A DNA stretch of 64,000 nt, from positions 25,730,001 through 25,794,000 of the forward strand of contig NC_135758.1 of NCBI RefSeq assembly GCF_052425735.1, written 5' to 3'. The notes under the pieces are model-generated. The model was not told the origin of the DNA and ran no database searches. It worked only from the letters and a program-made list of their open reading frames with translations. This DNA is from Oculina patagonica (taxonomy: Eukaryota). The translations under genes and the position numbers were made by a program. Within the stretch, counting starts at the first letter, position 1. Each line of letters begins with the position of its first letter. Positions 38,622 to 52,578 of this stretch are shown in pieces.

Positions 38622-38916
38622 TTATTGCGGTTTTCAGTGAAATGCGAACTTTGAAATTCAAAATCCAACTAACGATAGCGTTTTTCGCTGCCGTCAATCA
38701 TAATCATGGCGACAGCCAACGAACCATGAAAAACAGAAACAAACAAAATGGATTGAAATCTACCAATCACAGCTGACAGAATTGACCTTTTGACCCGATT
38801 GAAGTGAGTTTCTGTTTCCCGAGAGGTCCGCTAAGATGATTGACGGCAGCAAAAAGCGTAAACCGTTGGTTGAGGATTGAATGTCAGAGTTCGCATTTCA
38901 CTGAAAACCGCAATAA
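38622..38916. mobile_element. Foldback-type MITE
   Basis: Long TIR TTATTGCGGTTTTCAGTGAAATGCGAACT... / ...AGTTCGCATTTCACTGAAAACCGCAATAA. Confidence 0.75.
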
Positions 38917-39537
38917 GCTAAGCCACCAAAACATTCTGATATCATTAGTCCAGGCGAATCGACTCGTATTCTCATCATTACTCAATTTGCACGACCTTCA
39001 CATCTTATTTTGAACTGACGCAAAAAGCCTTTGATTTAACACAATAAGGAGCTGAGCTGTATCACTAGGGCCATAAAACTTGCATGTACATGTACACCTG
39101 ATTGAAGAATCATTGACCCAGGAAAAGCGTAAACCGTTAATGATGCGACCCAAATGTTCACTGGGAAATTGAAAAAAAAATAATTGTCGTCCTTGACAGA
39201 ATAAAAGGAAATAATGATTATCAATAAAAGGAGTATTACTACGCTTACCAAGGCTGCCCAAAGAGAATGCCATTGGTTCATATCATTCATGCCTTATACC
39301 ATTCACATGGTCAACGTTTCTTCAATTTGGTGTATATGTTGTGGTTTAATTAATTATCTGTGGTTTAAAATTTTCAAACCAGTTTGAATTAGATTTCTTG
39401 CTTTTGATTATGATAATGAATACGAGACAATGAAAAATAAACATCAAACTGGTTTGAAAAATTTTAAATCAAACATAAAATTGGACCACAAGATTATTAT
39501 ACAACAAACATGCAATTCATGGCTTGCCAAAAGAGCT

Positions 39538-42500
39538 TCATGCTGTATTGCCCTGACTTTGGTACCACCCGCAAACAGCTTTGCAAATATCATGCCTTCT
39601 AAGACTATGTATTATTCCAACAAATTGCCTCAGAGAAACAACATTTTCCTGAGAGCTTAATATGCTGATTAAACATCTAGTTGGACTTCCGTCTTCTCGG
39701 TCTAACTCTCGTTTAACACTTTCAAGATCTGAAACAGTTATACCACACTTGCGTCCAACATGCCACCAGTTTTTTGTATGGGCCTTTTTAGCATCCAACA
39801 TTTTGATGAGTTGTTCTTCAACGTCATATGGCATATTATCAATTTTTGTTACTGCAAAGCAAACAAAAAAACATGATCAAAATGAGTCGAACATTCATTT
39901 ATAGAATGTACCATACTGTGAATACATGTACATAGTTAAAGGCCCTACCCCTTGGGGGAGTTTAAGACTGCAAAACAGTCACCTGTTTTTTGCAATTGTG
40001 CTAGGGCTTTGCCTCACAAACCCTACCATGTATGAGGCTCATGAGACAATTGGTGCTTCGCACCTCAATGGTCGGTGCTTTGTGCGTTCCATAAGTAACT
40101 GTTTAATCATTTAACTGCTTGTAGTCTAAGGTAGTTTTTATCATAAGGCCCTTTGCCAGGGCTAGAGGTGTAATTAAAACGTACAGGTAGACAGGATGTG
40201 TCTTAACATTTTTACCTTAACATAACATCTTAATTATATCTTAACATGAGTGCCTCGTGAGGCACTGTCAACCTGACCTGCAGCAGTGACAGGTGCCAAC
40301 GATTATACATCAGCCTGGGCTGCTTTTGGTCCTATTGTCCCAGAGGAGAGCTACATGTAGGATCTAAGTCAAGTAAGTCTGGGTTGCTTCTTTAAGCTTA
40401 TAATTAGCGGGACTGTGCTGTGCTGTCTGCGGAGTTCTGTTCTGGGTGGTGGCCACTAAAAGGATTGTCATGGTTACCCTTTGTGCACCCCGGCAGCTCC
40501 CACAAAGCTTCTAGGCACCTTCCCCACACCCACAGGGTCCGAAATTGCGCCTTCCTGGTCGCCAATGCGACTAAATATTGAGAGCTGGCGACCAGAATTT
40601 CACAACTGATCGCCCACTGGCGACTAAGTTGCTTTGTAAGAGTATTCAGAGAAATTGATTAAAAATAAAATTCGGAGCCGTTTTTTAACAATTTATTGAC
40701 TCACTTTTTATCTTAGTGATGTCCTTGAGATAACACTGAAGTAAATTTCTCGCTACATAATGTATAAACTCCCCAACAGCTCAGCCAACAGCTGCGATCA
40801 ACACGATTCGAACATTGCAAGCCGCCATGTTGTTTTCCTCAGCGGTTTTCCCCATGACACTATTGCGGGCGCGCCCAGACATGTGCTTTCTTTCGCATGC
40901 AATGGTCCATGCAATGAATATTCATTCTGGCGATGTCATGTCCGCGGACACGCTGAAATATTTCCGTCATTTACTTGAAACTGGTAAGGCTACAGATGCA
41001 AAAAACTTTGTGGAAGATTTAGATATTTCCAATTACATGCCAGGCTACTAAGCTACGACGTTCCACGAACGCAACACGTTCTTGTTGTCACTGTGTTGAA
41101 TGAAAAACTACCTGTCGAAATATGTCAGAAAGTTGGTGGAAATGATGTTTTTTATATTATTAAAGAGCGGAATGTTTGGGTAAGACTGTAAAGTATTTTC
41201 CGTTTAAATGCTAGAGAGTTAACATTCGATAAAGAAGACTTTTTAAGACTCTACTTATAGGCGGGTACAGCATTTCTTTGAGTGATTGTCATCGTTGTTT
41301 TGTGGTATAAGTAAGCTGTTTTTGAGCATATGAATGGCCAAAAATACACAAGAAGAACAAGTGTTTCGTCTTTTAAGTGTAAAAGGAAAGTCAATCGAAA
41401 AACATTGGCGACCAGAAGTTGCCATCTGGCGACTAAAACTTTCGGTCCGGTCGCCAGGTGGCGCCGATGTAAAAAATTTAATTTCGGACCCTGACCCATC
41501 AGTTCTATTGTTGATAAATGGGTACACATGTAATTGAGGCAAGGTTAAAATCAAAACAATGCTGGCCAGTGGTCGCCTCTACTAATGCAGGGTGGCTGGA
41601 GGACCTTCACAGAATCCTAGGGATTTTACAGCTCAGCCTCTTGAAGTGAAGCCATTAAATCGTGCTGCTCCTCGCGCACAGTTACTGAAAAAGCTTTCTG
41701 CTCCTGACATTCTTCCTTCCCTTTAGGTAAGAATTGATAAATATTGATAAATTTTACCCTGAGTATTTCAGTGTGAATTGGTGCCTGGTTGTTGCCTTCA
41801 AAGCTTTTAGGCTCCTTTCCCACACTAATCAGTCAATGAGTTTAGTATTAGTTACAATATTACACCGTGCAAAGGAAAATATCAAATTGCACCAAGGGTA
41901 AAACTGAACCACGAAATAGCATTCAATGAACAGTTAAATGGAAAGGTGTGTATATGAGATCAACAAGTTACTGATACTTACCCTCTGGGATAAGCTTCAT
42001 TTTGTTCAGGCAGGAGTGGCAGGGGTTGATAAAAGGAGACATTTCTAATCTTTGACCTACATGTACAGAACCAAAAAAATGAATTAATTCTTAGTTGGAT
42101 TGGGCACCCTGAGAATTTCCCTATGGTGTTTATGATGTGTTGTCAGTAGCTACTGTAAATGTTTTATCTGGAACTTTACTCAGTTAAGCACTACCACTAT
42201 AATTTCATTGAGCATTGGGGCATACTTTGCAGGCTAAAATGAAAAATTCAACTAGCTAAAACAAATTTGAGCCATGGTAAGTTTCTGTTTCATGATTTTG
42301 TTTTAAGTGATTTTGTGATTTTCACCAAGCTGCATGGAAAGTTAAGTCTGGTTTTTAAAATGTATTAGGAATAAAAACCACTTGAAACTGACAGTGTTCT
42401 GCATACACTGTAGTAGTATTGTGATTGAGTATGTTCTTCTGTATTTTTTTGGCCCTTTTAAAGTTAAACTGCAGCAGTCTCCTTGAGGATTCTGAGAAGA

Positions 42501-45500
42501 AGGTTGACATACATGTACATGTCGTCCAAAAACATAATAACAGTAACAGTTACTGTAAATTTATAATTTAAAGCAAGTTTGTTATTATGTACTTGTATTT
42601 GTACACATGTTTACAGGTTGTAGTTTATATATTTGTAATAAACTTATCAGGAAAATACTGCATTGGTTGTTACATGTTCATGTATGTGTAAGAAGTCATG
42701 CTTCTTAATTCTCCCTGCCATTAAGTGAATGTTGCTTTTTTCTCAGCAACAAACTCAATTATAAAACTTAATTATTTTACAGAAGTCAACTTTTGCCAAT
42801 ACATGTACAGTGTACATATGTAATTATGGCAACATTAACATGTGAACATTTTGTTACTTCATAATGAGCATGTACCACTAATAAGAAGTGAAATGTTCAT
42901 GTTGTACCTGCACAAGTTGATGGACCAGTGAAGCAGCTGCAAACCCATGGGCAACTGTCTGATAATGCCAAATGATCACCTCTTGACAATTGCCTTCTCT
43001 TTCTGAAGGCCAACCAGCCCAGAACCAGACAAAGAACTGTCACAAGAACCAGGGTACATATAAGTCCAATGTGGAGGTGATCAAGTGATTGACTACTGTC
43101 GCTTTTACTGTCGCTTTCCAGTGCACTTGACTTGTTTGAGAAAGAGCTGTCATCACATAAAACAGATGACACGTTCATCTTTGGCTGTTCTTTACCCACA
43201 ACACAGCTGGGCAGGTCATCACATTGTTTAGATAATTTTGAAGAGGCTTTGCAATGCTTCTCTCCCTTTCCTCCGATCAATGTGCCTATAGTCATTGATA
43301 TGCACTGAGGCTCAATGTTCTCATCACTAGCTGAACAGCATTCAGTGCATGGGTAGCACTGCTGATCTGTGGCATTGAAGTAAAACTCAGTTGAAATGCA
43401 ACTGTTGGAGCACTGTCTGTCTCTGGAACGTTTACAAGACAAACTTTCTTTTCTGTTGCCACATGATGTACACTTGCGACATCTTTTATTAGTCCCATTG
43501 TTGGAAAAGAAATTGCTGGGGCAAAGGACACAGTGGATAGAAGTTTCTTGTGGGTGTGATGACCCTGGTTCTACAGATGCTTGCTGCCCATCATTGCATG
43601 GGGGTAATGGCCAGCAATGAAATTGAGAAAAATCGTTCTTGTCATACAGCTCAATGTCACCTTTATTGGGACAGCGGTTACCATTTACCAGTGCTACTAA
43701 AACAGCCTGAAAAGAAACAGTACTCAATTAATTATCTTTGGTTTAAAATTATTTAGGCCTGACTTTAATTTTCATTTCCTTTTGTTTCAAATCATTACAA
43801 TAAATTTGAGACAATAAAAAAATAATAGAAATCAAACTAGTTTGAAAAATTTTAAACCAGAGATAAAATTAAACCACAACATGCACATGATAGAGATGTG
43901 CATTTTTTTAACAGTGAAACAATAAATAGACAAAGTAATTACATTGTATAACAGTTTTACCACATGATAATTTAGCATTCTAAGCAAGTCAACAATGTCA
44001 GATTTCCATCTCAGTGGTTCATAATGTTGGTCTGAACAAGTAATGCTAAAAGTGTGGTATTTAACCCATTGGCGCCTGTGCTGGCCGCAGCCCATTACAA
44101 CTTCACAGCGCTTTAAATGTGTACCTCAAATTTTGAGGTTATTAAGCATTCATATATTCAAGCTATTGTTTAAACTCATTGCCTATTCATTCCGATGTAT
44201 TTGCCGACGCCGGCAAGCCGAACGTGAAGAGCGCAACATTATTAGGTGAGAATATTTTTTTAACAGACTGAAAAATATCTCCTGGGAATCTGCTTATTAT
44301 TTTATTTTCTATCACTTTAACGTGGAAATTTCATTCTACTAAAGAGGAGCCGAAAGATAAAAAACAAGCTCGCGTACTAAAGATTTACCGAATAAAATTT
44401 CGATGCAAAAAAGAAAATTTAAAAGGGAACACATACAAATAAAACAGGACCTCACTTACACTTCGATATCGACGTCTGACAAAAGTGACATAGGACATAC
44501 AACACAGCACGTTTATAGCGAAAATCTTCGTTTCAATACTAAATATTTTTAATAGTTGGCGTGAACAAAAATAGGAAAAATATTAATTGCGCGCGCAGCA
44601 CCACCCAGAAGATTACGCTAAGTTTTCTTGTTACAAAATATAAATAATTTTGGAGTAAAAATCAAATCAAATCCATTTTTTTTTTATTCTCAGGATATAC
44701 CAAAGAGGTAAACTTAAAAAAAAACAAATATCACTCAGCTAAATTATACTAGAGAATTGTCCTCAATTAAAATCTCTTTTATTTGCACTAAAAACGCTGG
44801 AATAAAATACCAAAAAGAAGGAAGAGTTTAACTCTAAATTTGAGCGCATAACATACAAATATGTCGCATTTACTCTGTAATCGAGCCCGCCGCACGCGCC
44901 GGCGAAAACAAAACTTAAATCGCCTACAACGATCAAAATAGCTCGTTCAGATCTCTTTTTAAAGCTCTCAACAAGCTCTTTATTTTTTAATAAATATAAA
45001 AGCGAAAAATACATCGCGAAAGACTTAAATCTGCAAAATGTCTGTAGTGGTTATCGGAAGTTCAATCACATTACTCAACAACAAAAGGATACGTTCACAA
45101 CTCCATTCGCTCAAGGTAGGTTAATTGCGCTATTGTTCCAGTCTTTTGAAGTCACTTGGGCGGCTTCTTCCAAAATATCTCACCTTTTTAGAAACGAATA
45201 AAACCGAAGTTGTGCGAACAGTTTCGGCAGCTACCGAAACTTATACCCAAAGGAATAAATGGAGCCTTCAGACTACAATTTCCAGCGGTATTGCCCATTT
45301 CAGAAAGACACATTTAAAGCGCGGTGGAGTTGTAATGCGGCCACGCGAAAACCACCCCAAAATGCCTGTGCCAGCCTCAGCCGGCCTTGAAAACCACGTG
45401 TTGGCAAATGCCCTTTCCCTCCCTCCCTGGAGTTTTTTTGGTTCTCCTATTGTTCTACAGATAATAAGGGCAAATAAACCAATCAGAATCTGTTTACTGC

Positions 45501-47669
45501 GCATATTTTTAGGGAACTCTTGGGGTCCTAGAAAGAAGGTTTTTCGTCTTATACCGTGTGTTGAAAATGTAGAAGGAAATCATGGAGCCACGCGGCACAT
45601 ATTTACAAACTTCCAAGGCCTTGTTTTTGTTTCTGAACAAGAAAAATGCCATCTTTGGGACTTAAACCGGAAAGGAGAAACACTATAGAATTTTAAAGTG
45701 GCCCAAAAACGGAAAACCGTGGAGTACAGAGTGCTAAAACCTTGTTGATGAAGGATTTATCTTTCCTTCCACCGCCGCGAAGACATGGTGCAATGGCGCT
45801 TACAAATGCGTTTTGAATTCAAATTACGGACTTGAACACAGACTAAATGGGGCTTCTCAAGTCTTCTGAGAACAAAATGGTAATGTACTGTTATTGCTTT
45901 GAACTTGGATGTAATTTTTTGAACGATCAGTAAATCCATTTAGTTTACAATTGACTCCAAAAGCTGTCTGCTAAAATTAAAACTTCGCTTTCAACATGAA
46001 CATGTGAATAATTAATTCTGCCGTGCAGTACAGCACGGCTTGAAAAATTTCGACATTCTGACGCTTGTGAACACATTAATTTTCTTGGTTTCATCCGAAC
46101 TAAAAAAAAAATTCTAAACAAAGTTTCTTTCAAGGTTCCCTCATTTATCCATTTTGAGTCTGGAATTTTAGGCTTTTGAAGGCGAACAGATTTGTTGCGC
46201 ACATGTTGTATATGGTATACAGAATTTCTCAAATAAAGCCCCGCGTCGGGAGTGCAGCACTTACATGTATATCCACCATACAGTGTACATGTACATGTAC
46301 AATATGGTATGCCATTATTGATGTAAACCTGAAACGGATATTCCTTGTCAAGACTAGCAAGGCTTTTGAAACATCTGGCTCAAGGTAGAGAACACTTTTT
46401 GATAAATTGGATAAATTCAACTAAATAAACATTACAACACATGAGTTTTCATGGTTCATTCAATAAAAAGGTTCCTGTCGGAAGAACGCTATCCACTGTT
46501 TTAGTATATACATTTAGTATATACATTATTTTATCTGTTACTTTTAGCTGCTTCAAGAAAATTTGTAGGTACATTTAACGCTGTATTTATGATTATTATT
46601 TCAAGCCTCTGAGTGACAAGAGAAAATATCAACTTCTCTTTCAAGATGTTTGTATGGACAAACACCTTCACAACTTCTTCATCACAGCAAGGAAATATGC
46701 AAAGAGAATACTGTAATTCATAGTCATCAAAAATGAAGAAACTCATCCTACACAGATAAAGGCCTGACATATAGCCTTCCTTACATGTCAATCTTAATGA
46801 GGACTCTGTCAACCTCTGTCCAACAGGTGTCAAAATGAAAATCAAGTAGAAATGTCAAATCATATGGCAATAGGAATCGTTTAAAATAGAACAGAAAATT
46901 TCCAGAATATCAGGATTTGCGGAAAAATGGGACAACTGCAAGAGGTTGATCAAAATCAGTTTTCAAATTATTTTGTTTAGAAATTAATCTCATCCATTCA
47001 ATTTTGTACCAGCATTTTAGGGAAATTTTGGTCAAATGTAACACAGTCATCAGACATATTACACTCAACTGGTAGTACTGTCCATGAATAAAAACATAAC
47101 ATACTTTAATCACACCCAAGGAAGTTTGGTTGGCTGTGATGGCATGTACCAGGGTCCACAGGGGGTAAAACCCACAGGGGATTCACTGCTACACACACTT
47201 CAAACGTTAAAAAACTTTAAACTTTCAAGGATAAATGTAAATTAAAGAGACATTCTTTTACCAAAATTCCTCTTTGCCTTTGACAAATTAAAATAGTCAA
47301 AGGATCTCATTTACTAGCTACACTCAAAATAGTTCATCCTTTACGATACAGACGCTAAGTATAAACGTCCAAAAGCTCAATAGTTGGCAATAATTTGCCG
47401 CATAGCGGGAAACTAAATTGAGTAGGCCTACATCATATTGTACGTGCTGAGAATTTAATTATCCCGCGTTCATGTAGCATCCACGACTGTAGACTGGCAA
47501 AAAAATTCGTGACAAGATTAAAAAAAGTTTTACATGTATATAATATTATATATATATATTTACTCATTTCTTTCGCTGATACTGTTTTATATTGTTACCA
47601 AAACATATGCAAGAGCAACTACAAAATTCACGTGCAACTTACCGCAGCAAGTAGAAATTCCGTGAGCAT
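39538..47669 (-). CDS. TNF receptor superfamily member with C-terminal death domain (404 aa)
   Basis: Exons 47669-47643, 43706-42908, 42056-41982 and 39851-39538 splice in frame. Signal MLTEFLLAAAVLVALVNG; TNFR cysteine-rich repeats (CVLCPSNFFSN..CRKCTSC..C..RDRQC; CYPCTECC); TM LHIGLICTLVLVTVLCLVLGWLAF then RKRR; death domain (NWWHVGRKCGI..SPTRCLISIL..LRRHDICKAV). Confidence 0.88.
40533..41493. mobile_element. Non-autonomous DNA transposon with 5-bp TSD (hAT5-like) in a TNFR intron
   Basis: Perfect TIR CAGGGTCCGAAATT / AATTTCGGACCCTG, TSD ACCCA, GGCGAC subterminal motifs. Confidence 0.78.
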
Positions 47670-48637
47670 ATTTGGAATTTGAAGTCGAGCGGTGGTAAAG
47701 TTTTCAGCCTTGATCTTGCAATCGACCTTTCCAACAAATCACGGTTTATGAGGCACGTCAACGAGTTTCAATGATTCTTGGAGAACTCATACACTGGCTA
47801 CTTCGCTTAAAAGGTATCGACACTCAAATATGCGGAAAAAAAGGAAAGAAATTCCCAGCATAATACTCAAAGAAAGAAACCTGCCATGCACAGCCAGGTC
47901 AGCACATTTTTCGTCGATTACTCAGCGAAAGGTTCAGCGGGGTCTGGGAATGAGCACAACGGCGCATGATTTGATTGCACAGGTATCCCACAGCTTAACA
48001 GCCTGGGGATTCAGTCATTCAGAATAACTCAGCTGAGGGCGACACATGTTTTCATAATTACAAATACGAAAGGTGAGATTAATAATGGGCAGGAAGCAGA
48101 AAACGATTTTTATCATTACTAAGTTTATTGTCGCCTATTCGGGTTTTTTACGGTACATACAAAAAATTTTCGACTCGTTTCTTTTTATCCACGGTACGCA
48201 AAAAGATGGCGACTGCTTCATTCATCCGAAATTTTTAGCGCACGAAAAACATAAAAACGATTATAAAAACGCACATAATTGTTCCAAAAACTTCAAATTA
48301 ATACATTTTTTTGGGAAATGCGGGAAAAAAATACGGTTTTCATGTTATTCGGTTGACTGTATGTGTTAAGTTTGCAAGGTAAAATGTACAGCCACCATTA
48401 CGGTCGATTGACTCATGACAAATTTTTGTGAACATCGCATAAGATGTTCCGGGCGGGTAGTGTGGATCATAGTAAATCGCCAAATGTACGACTTAATTTG
48501 ATATTCCACCTAGTTTAAAAGAACAACCTTCGAGCTGATCGGACTCAAACTAGGCCATAAAACTGTTCTTTCAAGTACCTGGGGCTCTGATGAAAGCGAG
48601 TCGAGGTCAACTACATTTCAGAGGCGGTACCCAAGTC

Positions 48638-49071
48638 TAGGCTTTTATAGATTGTGCTCCTAAAAGTGGCATATTATGCTACTAGCAGTGCTCAAAATTT
48701 TGCCAAATTATGCAAAAATTATGCCAGATGTTTTTTAAATAAACTGTTGTTGTAAATTTATTTGTGTTTATGGCAGTTTATCACGGCCGTCAGCTGTCCA
48801 AATTAGCTGCTCGCATCTCTAAACCGTTTGTAAAATGCCTCCAACAACTTAACAATCACAATTGTATAGCTAAAACACGCATTGCAAGAACAAACTACCT
48901 AAATTTCATTTATTTCTGTAGAAAGTACACCATATTTACTACATTTTATGAATTTATGCTCCAAAAAGTGCTAAAAATTGCTAATTATGCCGTGGCAGTG
49001 CTCGTTTCACAAATTATGCTTTTAGCTCCAATTATGCCAAAAATTATGCTAGCACAATCTATAAAAGCCTA
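48638..49071. mobile_element. hAT-like MITE
   Basis: 21-bp TIR TAGGCTTTTATAGATTGTGCT / AGCACAATCTATAAAAGCCTA, 8-bp TSD CCCAAGTC, ATTATGC subterminal repeats. Confidence 0.88.
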
Positions 49072-49106
49072 CCCAAGTCTCACGCATTGTGTAAATACGT
49101 AATCAT

Positions 49107-49767
49107 CAATTTCGTACCCAGATCTTCTCAACCCTCGGAGAGAACATCTGGTAAAGTCGGATTTTGCTCGCGTCAAATGTGTCAGAAATGAGACACACGA
49201 CGCAACTACGCATGCTCGGCAATTTGGTAGATGAAAAGCTCACTTGGCCGCTGTAAATAGCTCATGAACTTTTTCTCATACAAGGAAAGACAAGCAACAC
49301 AATCTTGAAATATAGTCGAGGAAAAAAAAAGCCGCCAGTCGTGTTTTTGCTGATAAATTAAAACACTCAAACCAGCCTTCAACAGTGGAGAAAAGCGCGC
49401 GCTGTGTTTGACGCGTACAAGCTAGCTGTACGCGTCAAGTACAGGTCAGATTTGCAAAGTTTTTTGCCCATCTTTTTACCCACGAATATCGTCATTTTAA
49501 AACATTTTGTTCTAACAAGCTTGAACTACAAACTGTATCTATAGCTTGTTCGCATTAGTAACGTTCAAAACACGACGCGTTTGTAGAAAAGCCTTTAAAA
49601 CCAAATATTTCTCTACTAGTTAACGCACGGTGCGCGCGTGCCAAACAAAGTTTACATCATCCGCGCGCAAATGCTGAAGCTGTTCATCAGCCTATCAGAT
49701 TGGCGAATTGAACGCACTTGACCACATGTGTACTACCGTGGTAAGTAGACATCTGGGTATGAGATTA
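49107..49767. mobile_element. Mutator-like non-autonomous element
   Basis: TIR CAATTTCGTACCCAGAT / ATCTGGGTATGAGATTA, 10-bp TSD ACGTAATCAT. Confidence 0.75.
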
Positions 49768-49791
49768 ACGTAATCATATTCAAGAAGAGAG

Positions 49792-50424
49792 CCCGGAAGG
49801 ACTCCCCTATAAAAATGACGGGGATGCTCCTCGGAAAATTTCGAAAAAAAAAACTTAAAAGGTATCACAATCTCATTTTGTGGGCACGGCCCAAAAAGAT
49901 TAACAGGATTAATATTTACCTAAACACCTCAACAGACGAGTTCTGTTTGGGACCAGCATGCACTGAATTCTGTGCAAAATGAAAGTAATACGGAAGTTGA
50001 GCAATACTAAAACGTGCTAGAGTGGTGTCTGGCCATTGGTTCGATCTTTTGTCTATACAGGTTGCTTAATCTAGAAATGGTCTGTGGACACTGCCTGCTC
50101 CCAACCAGGTCCCCTCCGTTAAGGATGTCTAGATTCATGAGGTACCAATTTTAAAAATGCAAATTAACTGGCACTGGCAATTTGATGACTGGATGGCTGT
50201 TTTCAAGTAAATAATGCAGAAATAAAGGTTATTTGTGTAACACGGGCGTTACCTATTTCGCCTTTTTTTTTTTTTTTTTTTTTTTCAGATCAATCTTAAA
50301 GGCCCCTAAAAGTTACCTTGACAACTATAGCAGCGGTCCATTTAGGTTTTAGCACCCTAACCGAGCATCCCCATCGTTTTATAGGGGAATTCCCCCTCCC
50401 CCCCTCCCCCCCCACCCCCCTGGG
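49792..50424. mobile_element. MITE-like TIR element
   Basis: Inverted ends ACTCCCCTATAAAAATGACGGGATGCTC / GAGCATCCCCATCGTTTTATAGGGGAAT. Confidence 0.5.
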
Positions 50425-50642
50425 AAGAGATAGAGCCGAAAACTTAAACTTGTGACTTATGAACTGTTCTCGCAGGCTTAAAAACGTCGAAAAAAACGCA
50501 TAAAAATAAAATAAACAATACGAAAATATTTCTACTTCATTTTATTACAAATACACAACCATAAAAGCTGATTTCAGGAAGGTTAAATATTTACAATTGC
50601 ACCTAGTGAAGACATTTGTATAATTGTGTTGGTAAGCTGTAA

Positions 50643-51116
50643 CCAGACAAACATAGGAAGTAAGCCTGTGCTTACAGTCGAACCTTACCTTTCTATCACC
50701 GACGTCAGTTATCTTAGCTTCGACCCGGTAAAATGGGATCAATTTTTGTTTCTGGGAAACCGTCCTCGGTCAGAATACACCTACCTCGGTAGAAAAAGGC
50801 GTCTATGGCTGGTATAAACCGAGCTCGGTTGTAGTGTAGTGTGCCGACCACCGTAGAAACCGATCATCGTTCACAAAAACCGTTATTCTTTAACCGTTCT
50901 CGGTTAGCCACATTTCTTATAACCGACGTCGGTTTTAAATTTCGGTTTAAGTCCAGTTTAAACCGAGCTCGGTATACTAGTCCAAGTTTAAACCTAGTAT
51001 GGTTAAGTCCAGTGTAAACCGAGCTCGGTTAAGTCCAGTTGAAACCGAGCTCGGTTACGTCCCTTTTAACCTGGCTCGGTTTAAAGTAGTACTCTAGTCC
51101 TAACCGAGCTCGGTTT
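50643..51116. repeat. Array of palindromic AACCGAGCTCGGTT motifs; probable terminus and subterminal repeats of an EnSpm/CACTA-like element
   Basis: At least 7 exact or variant copies with irregular spacing, preceded by CCAGACAAACATAGG. Confidence 0.6.
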
Positions 51117-52313
51117 TTGGAAGTCAGTATTGTCGCCCCCCCCCCCCCCCCCAAAAAAAAAAATAAAAAAATAAAAAAATAAAGAAATAAATAGTATAAA
51201 GAAAGAAATAAGGAAAGAAATAAAACAAATAATAATATTCTGTTTTACTTCCATTTTTTATTTAATTCAATTTTCGCTCTACACGATTTGAATCCTTTTT
51301 TTCCTGCCTCCGTCCCTTGTTGAGTACACTCTACCATCTTGTTGTGCACAACAATAATATACCCCCGATAATAAACGAAATAGTATGCAATACAATAAAT
51401 ACTCTAAGACTTGCTTACAATTTTTAAAGCTCATACTTTAATTTGTCATTAATCAGTTGTATATAAAGCAGTTTACAAATCCATTCTAGCTATTGCGGTC
51501 ACAATACACCCGCGCCATCATTCCTTTCCGTTTGTGCTTCGATGTCCTTATTTTTTAAAAATTCATCAATTGCTGACTCTAAAATACGCTTTACAATTAA
51601 AAAAAAACCTTAACTTTTAATATCCTTTCGTTTAACAAACAGGGTGCATTCAATTCGATTTGACGGAATCCGGTATCAGTATTTGGATCATGTCCGACCT
51701 TAAAAGCCAATCCCGAGTCGGATTTACCAATGGAATCCACCCTCATTATTATCTGTATTATTATGCTCTGACTAATCTAAACCTCTTACAAATTTATAGA
51801 TGAAAATGAATAGCTAATTATTTAATAACTTGATTTTAGGATATATACTTATTTTGCATTTTTTTTTTCTTTTGTTTTAACAGTGGTCGAACCCTGGAGA
51901 GGTAGCGTCATTGTCAACTTCACATTCTCAGTTTAGACCTTCCTGTGATTCGTCGAAGAAGCATTCATCAAAATAATAAAATCAATCTAGACGTTAAAAA
52001 CGTTAATAACTTGCTGTCCTTTTTAGCCTTTTTCAAATTATTAAATTGTTTTAGTTTTCAATTTCGGCATTTCTTTGACTTTTATAAGGTAGTACGCTCA
52101 ATGATAGAGGAATATTCTTGTTATATGTTCATTTTCAAATTTATAGTTTGTGGCTAAAAGAGATCAACTTAAATTACGTTTAATTTTTTTAGCTGGTGTG
52201 TTGCTGTAACTTTTAATTTTGTAAAGATTGCCTCGATTAAGATAGTACGAATTGGAGTTCGTGTTCAATCCTGGACATAATGTTAGAGAAGCAGGGTTTG
52301 ACGTGTATCTCAA

Positions 52314-52541
52314 AGGAGCTATGTCATGTAGAACTCAACTTGAAACAAAATGACAATTTTTTTTCATGTTTGTTGCTCAATTATCTGTCTTAATCTTCGT
52401 CAGTCCAAACATTCAGTATTTATTGCCTGATTGTTATCACTACTTTCGTGCTTTTCCTACGTGAGAAAACTATTATTTTGATGTTTTCTTCAATTTGAAA
52501 GTGATTAGAAAAATGACTTTAAATATCGTGACATAGCTCCT
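52314..52541. mobile_element. Kolobok-like MITE
   Basis: TIR AGGAGCTATGTCA / TGACATAGCTCCT followed by TTAA. Confidence 0.6.
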
Positions 52542-52578
52542 TTAACTTTAATTTTTTTGTAAATTTAGTAAAATTAAA

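Noticed and set aside
40200-40532. GC-richer intronic stretch as an extra TNFR exon
   Set aside because: No clean open exon was found; it shares a short motif with 41795-41823, suggesting old repeat debris.
45125-46845. ORFs of 187, 95 and 104 aa in TNFR intron 1
   Set aside because: No domain signature or consistent exon chain; they may be decayed fragments but no call can be supported.
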